Shown one piece after another: positions 48,487 to 58,827 of a stretch of 64,000 nucleotides of DNA (position 1 is its first letter; every line of letters begins with the position of its first letter). The translations under genes were made by a program, and so were the position numbers. The DNA is taken from assembly GCA_051013385.1 (NCBI GenBank), contig CP143273.1, forward strand, positions 320,001-384,000. The letters are read 5' to 3'. The DNA comes from Phormidium sp. GTDB lineage: Bacteria; Cyanobacteriota; Cyanobacteriia; Cyanobacteriales; Aerosakkonemataceae. Below the pieces are notes generated by a model. The model was not told where the DNA came from and searched no databases. It worked only from the letters and a program-made list of their open reading frames with translations.

Positions 48487-48972
48487 ATGCCATCTACTGA
48501 GTTATTCACCGAAGCGGCAAATGAGTGGGACTTAGAAACTCTTTATACAGACCTCGCATCTGCCAAGGGGAAGCGCCTGACACCAGTAGAAAAGTTACAC
48601 CTACGGGGATTGCTTTGTGGTTATAGTCCTGCTGAATTAGCTGAAAAGCTGAATAAGAGCGCCAAAGGAATTGGTGTTGACCTCTGTAACACCTTATATC
48701 ATTACGTTAAGAACCTTGTAGGTAAAGGCGATGAAAAGATAGAAAATTGGAGAAATATAGCAGAATGGCTGGAGGAAGCAGGATATAAATCTCAGTCATC
48801 TGCTGAATATGAAACAAGTGATTGTTTGCCATTAGAATTTTTAATAAAAAGAGCGAATATAACAATTGATAAACATAAAGTAATCGTTGATATTAACTTG
48901 CGAATAGTAGCTTCCTCACCTTTAGAAAATCCTCCAAGAATAGATGAAATAGATACTAACGGCAAGGTTTAA
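48487..48972 (+). CDS. HTH (vMAP-like) putative regulator
   Basis: LT..EK..LRGLLCGYSP.E.A..L pattern, resembling the N-terminus of 695-2068. Confidence 0.75.
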   Translation: MPSTELFTEAANEWDLETLYTDLASAKGKRLTPVEKLHLRGLLCGYSPAELAEKLNKSAKGIGVDLCNTLYHYVKNLVGKGDEKIENWRNIAEWLEEAGYKSQSSAEYETSDCLPLEFLIKRANITIDKHKVIVDINLRIVASSPLENPPRIDEIDTNGKV

Positions 48973-48994
48973 AGTTTAAGAAAAATTACTGCAT

Positions 48995-49423
48995 TCAAGT
49001 TTCACCCAAAAACCCAAACACATATTTTTGGGCGACTTTCCAATAACGGGAAAAACGTTTCAAATCCATATAACCGTCATAATCTAAAAAAGGATCGATC
49101 GCCACCACCAACAATCCAACCTCTTTCTCAATTTCCCCACAAATCTCTTTAAATCTTGGACTAGGACTTTCCGCCGTCACCACAGTATCAGCATCATGTT
49201 CTTTGGCAAAAGCTAATACCTCATTTGCCACATCACCGCGACGAATCACCACAGGTAACTCTAACAAACATTCATAAATAAAAGTAATTCGTTTTAGACT
49301 AATTTGCCATTCTTTTAGTAACTCTTCATCCCAAACCCAAATCGCAGGCGCATCAGGATATTGCAGCAAAGCAGGATTTTTCGGACTCAAACAATCACCA
49401 TGTATCCAAATAATTTTAGTCAT
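48995..49423 (-). CDS. Stand-alone photolyase antenna (alpha/beta)-like domain
   Basis: IIWIHGDCL...NPAL, .WVWD, KRI.FIYECL.EL, LKRFSRYW. Confidence 0.7.
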   Translation of the reverse strand: MTKIIWIHGDCLSPKNPALLQYPDAPAIWVWDEELLKEWQISLKRITFIYECLLELPVVIRRGDVANEVLAFAKEHDADTVVTAESPSPRFKEICGEIEKEVGLLVVAIDPFLDYDGYMDLKRFSRYWKVAQKYVFGFLGET

Positions 49424-49546
49424 TTGTCATTTGTCATTTGTTATTTGTCATTTGTCATTGGTGAGCATCCACAGTAAAAATAACTTCTGCAAAAACAGAT
49501 AACCTAGATATACCATCTGTGGACATCTGTGGTTAAAAAAAAACTT

Positions 49547-50401
49547 TCAACCTCGCCGTTTTCCCTTTTGCCAACTTTGACTTCCGCTGCGATTTTCCAA
49601 AGGTGCAGCTTTAGGAAACAAACGCTTTTCCAAATCCTCATAACTTCCTTCAAAATCACATTTACCATACAAAGGACATTGACGACAATAAACGCCTTCT
49701 GTATAACGTTCTAAATTTTCCCGATTAAAAAAGTATGGCTTATGACTAAAAGTACTAGCAATCCATTGCCAAGAAAGATTATTACTAGCGGGATCACCAT
49801 CTAATAAATGTGATAGAAACCATTTTGCGCCAACTTGCCAACGTACCCTTCGCCAATGCACAATATAAGCTGCCATCCACATTCTGGCATGGTTGTGTAA
49901 ATAGCCGTGCGATCGCAAATCCGAGCTAATATTATCGATACAAACTAAACCTGTACTTCCCGAAATAATATCTTCTGGAAGATTATCTGCATAATCTTTC
50001 ACACTGTAACCAGTTTTGTATGGTTCTTGATCCTGCCAAATTTTATCTCCTAATTGGGCGTATAATCTTTGCCAATAGTCTCGCCAACCCAACTCGTTAA
50101 TTAATTTAGTAGCATCATCTTGATTTTTCACTTTCCCTAAAACAGTATCACGCACTTCTGCTAAACTAATTACGCCATAGCGAATATAAGGCGAAAGCTT
50201 GGTGATTGCACCAGTTAGGAAATTGCGCGATTTAGCGTAACTTACTGGGTCAATTTTTTGCAGCATTTTTTGGGCTGCTTTCCTTCCACCCAATGTTTCG
50301 CTAATATGTTCATCTTCTGTTGCTGCATCGGGAAATTGCTCTGTCAGGTAAGTAACTAATTCATCGCGGTTACTAAATTCGCGTTGCATATCTTTAGTCA
50401 T
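49547..50401 (-). CDS. Photolyase FAD-binding (catalytic) domain protein
   Basis: GGR..A, Y...RN, LSPYIRYG, ELGWRDY, GYLHNHARMWMA, LLDGD.ASN.LSWQW. Confidence 0.88.
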   Translation of the reverse strand: MTKDMQREFSNRDELVTYLTEQFPDAATEDEHISETLGGRKAAQKMLQKIDPVSYAKSRNFLTGAITKLSPYIRYGVISLAEVRDTVLGKVKNQDDATKLINELGWRDYWQRLYAQLGDKIWQDQEPYKTGYSVKDYADNLPEDIISGSTGLVCIDNISSDLRSHGYLHNHARMWMAAYIVHWRRVRWQVGAKWFLSHLLDGDPASNNLSWQWIASTFSHKPYFFNRENLERYTEGVYCRQCPLYGKCDFEGSYEDLEKRLFPKAAPLENRSGSQSWQKGKRRG

Positions 50402-50506
50402 TTTGCATCTATTTCCCGTTTTTTCCACTGTTTTTAGGGTAACTGATATCTGAGCGAACCACAAAATTTACTAAACTGCTTTTATTCATCTTTTAGGAGT
50501 GAGAAT

Positions 50507-51571
50507 ATGCGTTTGCTTCCCCAAATTCCTTTAGCAATAAGTTTCAGCAAGCAGAAAAATTGGTCTTTATTCAGTGTATTTTTGTTGATTTTGACAGTAG
50601 TTCCGGTAAAAATCTATCCGCAGATAGAAGCGCAGGGATTTAGTAATAGTGTGATTGCTCAAGAAACTCCCACAACAAATTTTACCTTGGCAACAACTGT
50701 TTCTCGGCATTCAGGCGGAGTTAAGGGTATTGCGATTAGTCCTGATGGTGAAACTTTAGTTACAGGTAGTAGCGATCGAACTATTAAAGTTTGGAATTTG
50801 GCAAATGGAGAATTACAAAGAACTCTTTCTGGACATACAGCGCCAGTTTTAGCGGTAGCGATTAGTAAAGATGGTACAAGTTTAGTGAGTGGAAGTAGCG
50901 ATCGCACTATCAGAATTTGGGATTTAAAAAGCGGAAGATTGCGAAGAACAATTTCTGGTCATTCCGGCGGCATTTATTCAGTAGCGATTAGTCCAGATGG
51001 CAGAACTTTAGTCAGCGGTAGTGGCGACGGAACAATGAGAATTTGGAATGCGAGAACTGGTAATTTACAACGAACTTTGCGTCCTAATGCTGGGATGATT
51101 TTATCAGTTGCGATTAGTCCTGATGGAAAAACGATCGCCAGTGGTAATCAAGATTTAACCGTAAAACTTTGGGATATTAGCAACGGAAAATTGCTGCGAA
51201 ATCTCACCGGACACAGTAATTATGCAGTTTGGTCAGTTGCTTTTAGTCCCGATGGTAAAAGATTAGCTAGTAGTTCCCATGACGGCGCAATTAAAATTTG
51301 GAATACCGAAAATGGCGAATTACTAAACACTTTTAAAGATGAAAGTCCGGTTTTTTCTGTAACTTTTAGTCCTGATGGAAACACTCTTGCTAGCGGCGAT
51401 CAAGCTAGTCAAGTCAAAATTTGGGATCTTAGCAACGGAAATGTTTTACAAAGTCTTGCTGGACACGCCGACAAAGTAGAATCAGTAGCTTTCAGTCCTG
51501 ATGGCAAAACCCTCGTTACAGGAGGTAGCGGCGCTAAAGATACAAGTATTAGAATTTGGCGTTTACAGTAA
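50507..51571 (+). CDS. WD40 repeat protein, probably secreted
   Basis: Seven GH...SPDG..L.SGS.D..I.IW repeats after a hydrophobic leader. Confidence 0.92.
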   Translation: MRLLPQIPLAISFSKQKNWSLFSVFLLILTVVPVKIYPQIEAQGFSNSVIAQETPTTNFTLATTVSRHSGGVKGIAISPDGETLVTGSSDRTIKVWNLANGELQRTLSGHTAPVLAVAISKDGTSLVSGSSDRTIRIWDLKSGRLRRTISGHSGGIYSVAISPDGRTLVSGSGDGTMRIWNARTGNLQRTLRPNAGMILSVAISPDGKTIASGNQDLTVKLWDISNGKLLRNLTGHSNYAVWSVAFSPDGKRLASSSHDGAIKIWNTENGELLNTFKDESPVFSVTFSPDGNTLASGDQASQVKIWDLSNGNVLQSLAGHADKVESVAFSPDGKTLVTGGSGAKDTSIRIWRLQ

Positions 51572-51632
51572 TAGAAATGAGTACGTTGTTGCGCTTTAGC
51601 GCTAAAGCGCAACAACGTACCTAAATGCCTTT

Positions 51633-52337
51633 CTACAGCTTTTTATTACCAAAAACTTGGGCTTTATAATCATCAATGATTTGCCAGAGTTCTTGGCGAG
51701 AACCAGCATTGAGTAAGTAACGGTAAACAAACCAACCTGAGTAGATAATACCAATTAGCTGAAAGAAAGGTTGAAAAAAGGGAATTTCATTAAAAGTATC
51801 CAGTAAGCCTGAGATCACTTTCAGAGCAATTATACTAGCTATAATTGCACCAACAACTGTTAAAGGTCGTTGATAATCTCTGAAGAAATTACCCACAGAA
51901 TCAGGTAAGCGATCGAGTATTTCTGAGATTTGTTCACCGAATTGTTGCCACTGAGATTGGGTAGTGGTGGTAAAATCCGGTTCCCCAGGTTCACCTGATA
52001 CCTTAATTTCTACCTTGGGTAGTTGCACTTCTACTGGGGGGGTGGTTTCGACTTTGGGAGTTTGCATTGTTGGTGAGGTTGTAGGTGGTGTGGGTGGTGT
52101 AGGAGGTGTCATCTCTGCTTTTAGAGTTAAATTTTCCGTAGTTGTGGACGGTGGAGGAGATGTCATCTCTGCTTTTAGAGTTAAATTTTCCGTAGTTGTG
52201 GACGGTGGGGGAGATGTCACTTCGGTTTTAACCTGTACATCTTCAGGTGGTGGAGGTGCGACTTTCTCCTCTTTTTTCTTAATCGGTTCTATTTCTGGAG
52301 GAGTTGGTGTAGTTGGATTTTCAGCTTGAGGTTCCAT
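51633..52337 (-). CDS. CAAD domain (CurT-like) protein with Pro/Thr-rich N-terminus
   Basis: C-terminal IP...FQLIG..YSGWFVYRYLL...RQEL; internal 54-bp duplication at 52107-52214. Confidence 0.88.
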   Translation of the reverse strand: MEPQAENPTTPTPPEIEPIKKKEEKVAPPPPEDVQVKTEVTSPPPSTTTENLTLKAEMTSPPPSTTTENLTLKAEMTPPTPPTPPTTSPTMQTPKVETTPPVEVQLPKVEIKVSGEPGEPDFTTTTQSQWQQFGEQISEILDRLPDSVGNFFRDYQRPLTVVGAIIASIIALKVISGLLDTFNEIPFFQPFFQLIGIIYSGWFVYRYLLNAGSRQELWQIIDDYKAQVFGNKKL

Positions 52338-52673
52338 TTTGATTTTTCGAGAACTACAATTGAAACGAATGCTTACGAAACAAGACTATCAGGATTAAGC
52401 GATCGTACTAAAGGACTTAGACATAATTGATAAGATTATTTTAATTTGTAAGATTTGTGTAACTATCTGTAGCTGTATACCCCCTCTCTCGTAAGCTACA
52501 TTTATTGACTAATAACTTAAAGTTCCTGGTTACTGGCGTGGTGATAGTTTGGATTTGGTAGAAGGTAGTGGGTAGTAGGATGGAGACTACCCATTACCCA
52601 CTACCCAGTATCAGCCTCGATCGTATAACTAGCAACTTAAGTTAATATTTTGCTGTGTTTTGAATCAATAAGT

Positions 52674-53840
52674 ATGTCTCATCGTCCCATTTATCTAGAT
52701 AACCATGCGACTTCGCCCCTCGATGAACGGGTATTAGACGCTATGCTTCCTTACTTCCGAGAACATTTTGGCAATCCTGCGAGTGTAAATCATATCTACG
52801 GTTGGGAAGCAGAAGCTGCTGTGAAACAATCTCGGCAAATTTTAGCCCAGGCTATTCACGCCACACCTGAAGAAATTATATTTACTAGTGGGGCAACAGA
52901 AGCTAATAATTTAGCCATCAAAGGTGTTGTTGAAGCTAATTTTCAAAAAGGACGACATATAATTACTGTCCAAACTGAACATAATGCTGTTCTTGACCCT
53001 TGCGAATATTTACAATCCTTGGGTTTTGAAGTTACTTTCCTTCCCGTACAAAAGGATGGATTGCTCGATCTAAACCTGTTGGAAAAAACCATCCGTCAAG
53101 ATACAATTTTAGTTTCTGTAATGGCGGCGAATAACGAAATTGGCGTTTTGCAGCCTTTGGCAGAAATTGGGGCTATTTGTCGGGAACATGAAGTGTTGTT
53201 TCACACCGATGCCGCGCAAGCAATTGGTAAAGTTCCTCTGGATGTAGAGGAGATGAAAATTGATTTAATGTCTTTGACAGCACATAAAATTTATGGGCCA
53301 AAAGGAACTGGTGCTTTATATGTGAGAAGACGCAATCCCAGAGTAAGATTAGCACCACAAATGCACGGTGGTGGACATGAACGGGGAATGCGATCGGGTA
53401 CATTATACACACCACAAATTGTTGGTTTTGCTAAAGCAGTAGAGTTGGGAATTTCCGAAATGGAATCTGAAGCCAAACGACTGACTAATTTACGTCAGCG
53501 TTTGTGGGCAAAAGTTTCCCAACTTCATGGCATTGTGTTAAATGGTCATCCAACTCAAAGATTACCAGGAAACTTAAATATCAGTGTGGAAAATGTCGAT
53601 GGTGCTGCACTTTCCTTGGGATTACAGTCAATAATTGCGGTATCTTCGGGATCGGCTTGCACTTCGGCAAAAAGTGCCCCTTCTCATGTTCTAACAGCCT
53701 TGGGACACTCGCCAGAGTTGGCTTTTTCCACAATTCGCTTTGGAATTGGTCGGTTTAATAATGAGTTAGAAATTGACCTAGCTGCCGAACATTTGTGCAA
53801 GACTATTAAACCCTTGCAGACTGTTTTTAGTTCTATTTAA
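52674..53840 (+). CDS. iscS: Cysteine desulfurase (group I)
   Basis: IYLD..ATSP, FTSGATE.NN, HTDAAQ, SLTAHKIYGPKG, SSGSACTS. Confidence 0.92.
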   Translation: MSHRPIYLDNHATSPLDERVLDAMLPYFREHFGNPASVNHIYGWEAEAAVKQSRQILAQAIHATPEEIIFTSGATEANNLAIKGVVEANFQKGRHIITVQTEHNAVLDPCEYLQSLGFEVTFLPVQKDGLLDLNLLEKTIRQDTILVSVMAANNEIGVLQPLAEIGAICREHEVLFHTDAAQAIGKVPLDVEEMKIDLMSLTAHKIYGPKGTGALYVRRRNPRVRLAPQMHGGGHERGMRSGTLYTPQIVGFAKAVELGISEMESEAKRLTNLRQRLWAKVSQLHGIVLNGHPTQRLPGNLNISVENVDGAALSLGLQSIIAVSSGSACTSAKSAPSHVLTALGHSPELAFSTIRFGIGRFNNELEIDLAAEHLCKTIKPLQTVFSSI

Positions 53841-55363
53841 CGATGGTAAAGTTGAGTGGTTTTTCGTAAGCGATCGCTCAATTGAGCATTCAACAAATCG
53901 GAACTAGTAAACCGCCATCGCCAATTTCCCGCATTCACACTAGGGTCATTCATCCGGGCGCGATTATCTAATCCTAAAACATCTTGTAAAGCAATTATTG
54001 CTAAATTGGAAACAGAAGCAAGCGCCATCCGAATGAAAATCCAATTGATTTCTTTAATTTCTTGGTAATGGGAATAGCCTAAATATTCTGCCATGTATAG
54101 CTTTTCTTTGTCACTCGCTTTTTCCCACCAACCAATTATGGTATCATTGTCGTGAGTGCCGGGATAAACCACAGAATTAGGGATGTAATTATGGGGTAAA
54201 TAAGAATTTGTAGAATCATCGGCAAAAGCAAACATTAAAATTCGCATTCCGGGGAAGTTAAAGCGATCGCGCAACTCCTCCACCTCCGGGGTAATAATTC
54301 CCAAATCTTCCGCTAAAACTGGGAGATCTCCTAAAGCTTTGCCCAACTTTTCAAAAAACTCTTCTCCCGGCGCTTTAATCCATTCCCCTTTTAATCCCGT
54401 AGTTTCTCCAGCAGGGATGCGCCAGAAAGCTTCAAAACCCCGAAAATGATCGATTCTCACAATATCTACATATTGCAAAGTCGCTTTAAATCTGTCAATC
54501 CACCAAACATAATTCGTGCTTTGTAAATGTTCCCAATTATAAACCGGATTTCCCCACAATTGCCCAGTTTCGCTAAAATAATCCGGGGGAACACCAGCCA
54601 TCCAAGCAGCTTCTAAAGTTTCGGGATCGAGGGCAAAATTTTCTTGATTCGCCCAAACATCTGCGCTATTATGACAAACATAAATGGAAACATCGCCAAT
54701 TATTTGAATGTTTTTTTCATTGGCATATTTACGTAAAGCTTTCCACTGATCAAAAAACTTAAATTGTAAGAATTGATGATACAAAATTAAGTCTTTAAAA
54801 ACTTCCTTTTGTGCTTTAATTGCTTGTGGTTCTCTTTTCGCAATTGCCCGATCCCAATAATTCCAAGCTTGTCCATTATGCACTTCCAAAAGTGACATAA
54901 ATAGCACATAATCATCTAACCACCAAGCTTGTTCCTGACAAAACTTTTCCAATTCAGGATTTGGTCGATCTTTTAGAGTTAAGCGAAAGCGATCGAACGC
55001 CAATTTCAAATACTCATATTTGTGGGGAATTACTTCGTCAAAATCTACGCGATCGTAAGCACCTTTTTCACTCCCCGCAACAGGCTTTAATTCCTCCGAT
55101 TTTAGCAATCCTTCACTTACTAAATTTTCCAAAGAAATCATTAACGGATTGCCAGCAAAAGCACTATAATTCATAGTATAAGGCGAGTGTTCATATCCCG
55201 TTGGCCCTAACGGTAACACCTGCCAAAATTTTTGACCGCTTTCAACTAAAAAATCGACAAAATTATAAGCTGCTTGTCCTAAATCACCGATGCCAAAATC
55301 GCTAGGTAAACAAGTAGGATGTAGTAAAATACCACTAGAACGCTGCAAAGTCATAGTTTCCAA
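53837..55363 (-). CDS. malQ: 4-alpha-glucanotransferase (GH77)
   Basis: GILLHPT.LP, WQVLPLGP, GQLWGNP, RIDHFRG, AEDLG, GTHDNDT. Confidence 0.95.
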   Translation of the reverse strand: METMTLQRSSGILLHPTCLPSDFGIGDLGQAAYNFVDFLVESGQKFWQVLPLGPTGYEHSPYTMNYSAFAGNPLMISLENLVSEGLLKSEELKPVAGSEKGAYDRVDFDEVIPHKYEYLKLAFDRFRLTLKDRPNPELEKFCQEQAWWLDDYVLFMSLLEVHNGQAWNYWDRAIAKREPQAIKAQKEVFKDLILYHQFLQFKFFDQWKALRKYANEKNIQIIGDVSIYVCHNSADVWANQENFALDPETLEAAWMAGVPPDYFSETGQLWGNPVYNWEHLQSTNYVWWIDRFKATLQYVDIVRIDHFRGFEAFWRIPAGETTGLKGEWIKAPGEEFFEKLGKALGDLPVLAEDLGIITPEVEELRDRFNFPGMRILMFAFADDSTNSYLPHNYIPNSVVYPGTHDNDTIIGWWEKASDKEKLYMAEYLGYSHYQEIKEINWIFIRMALASVSNLAIIALQDVLGLDNRARMNDPSVNAGNWRWRFTSSDLLNAQLSDRLRKTTQLYHR

Positions 55364-55496
55364 TAAATAAGAAATAGAAGGTCAAAAATTTGAGCTTAAA
55401 CCAAAGAGATAATTTCCCTTTATCTACCGGATAATACTAAATCTTCGCAGTCTCCAGCATAAGCCTAAAGAATGATTTTCAAATTAAAAAGTATGG

Positions 55497-55560
55497 GGCA
55501 GGCAGGATGCCCACTCCACAAGAAAGCTGTAACTGTTGTGGGGCGGGCATCCTGCCTGCC
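55497..55560. repeat. REP palindrome GGCAGGCAGGATGCCC..GGGCATCCTGCCTGCC
   Basis: Same family as 27523-27586. Confidence 0.8.
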
Positions 55561-55580
55561 TTGGTTTTTATGTGATTTTA

Positions 55581-57434
55581 CTAAGGTTTTTTCAATGTCC
55601 AAATGCGTCCATAGTTACTAGGAATAGTTAACCAATATTCTTGATAACTGGGAACATTAGTCAAATTATTTACTCCATGCAGTTGTTCTTGGTAATCTCC
55701 ACTAATAGGAAACCAGAAAGGAACTGTTTGATCGGAATTACCAAAATTGAGTGCTACCAAACTAAAACTTTTACTGTCATAGCGTGAGAAAAGCAACACA
55801 TTTTTTGATTGATAACGGTCATAATTATTATAAAAGAAATGTTCACCATTGCGAAATTCCGAATTTTGATGACGCAAATGAATCAAGTTTCTAACTAAAG
55901 AAATTACACTTTTACCAATTGGGTCATAAAAATAATCCCAACGTACTGGACGGAATAACATTACTCGTCCCGATCCCGCATAAGGAAGGTAATAATTTTC
56001 CCCTAATTCTTGACCTTGCCAAAGTAAAGGAATACCTTTAGCAGTAAGCATTCCTATCAAATAAGGTTGTACTTTGTACCATAAATCCCGATTACCTTCT
56101 TGGAGTAATTCATTATCTCGGAATATGGTGCCAAAGTTGCAGACAAAGCGGGAATGGTCATGATTTTCTATGTATTGTAGTGCGGTTTTGCTGATGCGAT
56201 CGCCATTCCTTACTTCCTCAGTAGGATAACCCGCTAAACCAAACTGAAAACCCAATTCTGTTAAAGAAAAACGATTACCAGAAGCCACTCCCTTAGCCGC
56301 ATCCAAGGTCGAATTTTGCCAAGTGCAGTTGCTATAAGTTTCTGCCAAAATTTCTTTTGGTGCTTCCAATTGTTCTGCACATTGAATTAAGTTAATTTCG
56401 CCATTCTGGAAGAATTTTTGCCAATGTCCCCCCGCACTTTGCTTTTCTTTAACTGTTTGATATGTCTGATACGTTAAATTAGCATAACCTTTTCCCGTAG
56501 CACCATCCCAGTAATTAGGGACGCAATCATAGCGAAATCCATCAACATGATAACGGTCAAGCCAGTAGTAATTAACCGTAAAGAAAAAGTCTTGAGTAAA
56601 CTGACGATTAAAATCAGTACTTTCCCCGAAGTAATCTTTGGCGAATCCGCCCATAAATGGATTTTCGCGATAACCTAATTGCCTGTAAATATAACTGTAA
56701 GGGAAATATTCACTGGTATGACCATAAACCACATCTAAAATTACCGCTATGTTTCTTTGGTGTGCTGCATCAATTAATTCTTGCAGGTTCTTTCTGTTGC
56801 CAAATCTTTCATCGACACCAAAATTCCCTATGGGTAAAAATCCCCAATCTACAGTCATTCCCACATTAGAAACTGGCATGATTTCCAGGCAATTAATTCC
56901 CAAATCTGCCAGATAATCCAAGCGTTCAATTGTCCCAGCAATATCACCACCAAATTCGTTAATCATTAACTCATACATCACCAAATCTTGGAGTGCTGGA
57001 GTTTTCCAAATTAATTCATTTTCACTCCATTGATGGTCTTGATATCCCAAGGTGATGGCAGATAATTTACCGATGCCAAATTCTCTGGCAAATGGATCGA
57101 TAATCCAATCAATTTCTCCTCGATTTGGATTAAACAAACAATAACGATAAACGTATTTACCAGGAGTTCCCCAAGCAGATTTAGGATGCGGTTTTGGGTG
57201 ATTTTTGATATCTAGTGTAGCTGACCAATAATCGCCGTATTCGGGATCGATCGCATAACTTAAAGAAAATTCAACAGGTTGAATAAATTGCAGAAATTGA
57301 TCCTGTTCATGGATAATTTTTACCTTTAATTGATTGCCATTATTAGCAGAAACCCAAGGCAAAAACAACCCAAAGTTAATCACACCATCGGAGATTTCTC
57401 TAGCGCCTAACTTATTTAATGGTAAAAGTTTCAT
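55581..57434 (-). CDS. GH13 glycosyl hydrolase (TreZ/GlgB-like)
   Basis: DPFAR, YEL, EIMP..WGF.P, DVVYGH, DGFRYD, ENHDH, GQE.GE. Confidence 0.88.
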   Translation of the reverse strand: MKLLPLNKLGAREISDGVINFGLFLPWVSANNGNQLKVKIIHEQDQFLQFIQPVEFSLSYAIDPEYGDYWSATLDIKNHPKPHPKSAWGTPGKYVYRYCLFNPNRGEIDWIIDPFAREFGIGKLSAITLGYQDHQWSENELIWKTPALQDLVMYELMINEFGGDIAGTIERLDYLADLGINCLEIMPVSNVGMTVDWGFLPIGNFGVDERFGNRKNLQELIDAAHQRNIAVILDVVYGHTSEYFPYSYIYRQLGYRENPFMGGFAKDYFGESTDFNRQFTQDFFFTVNYYWLDRYHVDGFRYDCVPNYWDGATGKGYANLTYQTYQTVKEKQSAGGHWQKFFQNGEINLIQCAEQLEAPKEILAETYSNCTWQNSTLDAAKGVASGNRFSLTELGFQFGLAGYPTEEVRNGDRISKTALQYIENHDHSRFVCNFGTIFRDNELLQEGNRDLWYKVQPYLIGMLTAKGIPLLWQGQELGENYYLPYAGSGRVMLFRPVRWDYFYDPIGKSVISLVRNLIHLRHQNSEFRNGEHFFYNNYDRYQSKNVLLFSRYDSKSFSLVALNFGNSDQTVPFWFPISGDYQEQLHGVNNLTNVPSYQEYWLTIPSNYGRIWTLKKP

Positions 57435-57520
57435 TTGATGTTATGTTACGTTTATGTCTGAAATTTGGTTCAAGTTCCTTATTCAGTAATAAACAATCAA
57501 CTCCCGGAATTTTTACTAAA

Positions 57521-58705
57521 TTACCACATAACGTGATTTCTTTCTTTAATCACTCGCTGATAAACATCTTGAGTCTGTAAAGCTAAATCAGCCCAACAAA
57601 ACCGCTGTTTCAAATCGTGGTAAGCATTCTCTACTAAATGCTGCGCTAACTCTGGATGACGCAAAACTTCTAAAATTCCCCAAGCTAAGGAATCAGCATT
57701 ATTTGTCCAAGTTACGATCCCAGTTTTACCATGTTGCACTACTTCCGGCAAACCGCCTGTATCTGAAACTACCACAGGTACTTTCGCCGCAAAACTTTCT
57801 AACGCGACAATACCAAAAGGTTCATAAAGACTGGGAAAAACCGCACAATTAGCAATTGTTTGAAATTTGTTCAAATCTTCATCCGACATGAAACCAGTAA
57901 AACAACAATTATCCCAAATTCCCGCTTGCCAAGCTTGCTGTTTCAGATGATCGGTGTTACCTCCACCAACGATCACTATTTTAACTTTTCCTTTCATTTC
58001 CCAAATTACTCTAGGTGCAGCATTTAACAGCAACCAAACACCTTTTTCATGAGAAATTCTCCCCACATAATAGACAATTTTTTCATCATCTTTGGCAAAG
58101 CGGCGACGAAATTCTTGGCGATCGAAACCATTACCATTTTTCTTTTCGGCGCGAATGCCATTATAAATGATATCTATTTTATCTTGGGGAGTAACTAAAA
58201 CTCTACTTACTTCTTGACGCATATATTCCGTGCAAACAATCACTCGCCAAGATTCATAAGTCAGGCGTTTTTCCTTTTCACAAATGTAACGTTGCTGATA
58301 ATTATGAATGCCATTATAACGACCATATTCTGTGGCATGAATCGTCGTTACTAAAGGAATTTTGAAATAATGTTTCAGAGCGATCGCTGCATCTCCCACT
58401 AACCAATCATGAGCATGAATAACATCAAATGGCCCCTCTTCCATAATCAGTTTACCGCCATGAATACCCATGCTATTATTCAAATTGCCAACCCAGTGCA
58501 GAAAATCATGCCCCCAGCTTACTGGTATTCGGTGGATATGTATCCCTTCTACCAATTCATACATCGGTGCTTCCCCGAACTCTGATGTAATCAAATGGAC
58601 TTCATGCCCCAGTTTGACTAATTCCGGGTATAGTTCTGCTACGTGACGAGAAATTCCTCCCACAATTCGCGGCGGAAATTCCCAAGATAACACCAGAATT
58701 TTCAT
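57521..58705 (-). CDS. Glycosyltransferase family 4
   Basis: MKILVLSWEFPP, HAHDW, TIHATEYGR, GR...EKG, YEPFGIVALE. Confidence 0.92.
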   Translation of the reverse strand: MKILVLSWEFPPRIVGGISRHVAELYPELVKLGHEVHLITSEFGEAPMYELVEGIHIHRIPVSWGHDFLHWVGNLNNSMGIHGGKLIMEEGPFDVIHAHDWLVGDAAIALKHYFKIPLVTTIHATEYGRYNGIHNYQQRYICEKEKRLTYESWRVIVCTEYMRQEVSRVLVTPQDKIDIIYNGIRAEKKNGNGFDRQEFRRRFAKDDEKIVYYVGRISHEKGVWLLLNAAPRVIWEMKGKVKIVIVGGGNTDHLKQQAWQAGIWDNCCFTGFMSDEDLNKFQTIANCAVFPSLYEPFGIVALESFAAKVPVVVSDTGGLPEVVQHGKTGIVTWTNNADSLAWGILEVLRHPELAQHLVENAYHDLKQRFCWADLALQTQDVYQRVIKERNHVMW

Positions 58706-58827
58706 CAGTACCAATTCCAATAAGCTAAGAGAGTTTAAGTAAGCTACATTACAAACCAATACTATCAGTATGGTCATTGTAGCTTACTGGGTTTAGTTAT
58801 GTTAAGAAATTCTTTCCCAGGTTGGCT

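Noticed and set aside
58739..58752. GTA-N8-TAC NtcA-like site upstream of GT4
   Set aside because: No -10 box at the expected spacing; the 6-bp motif is common by chance.
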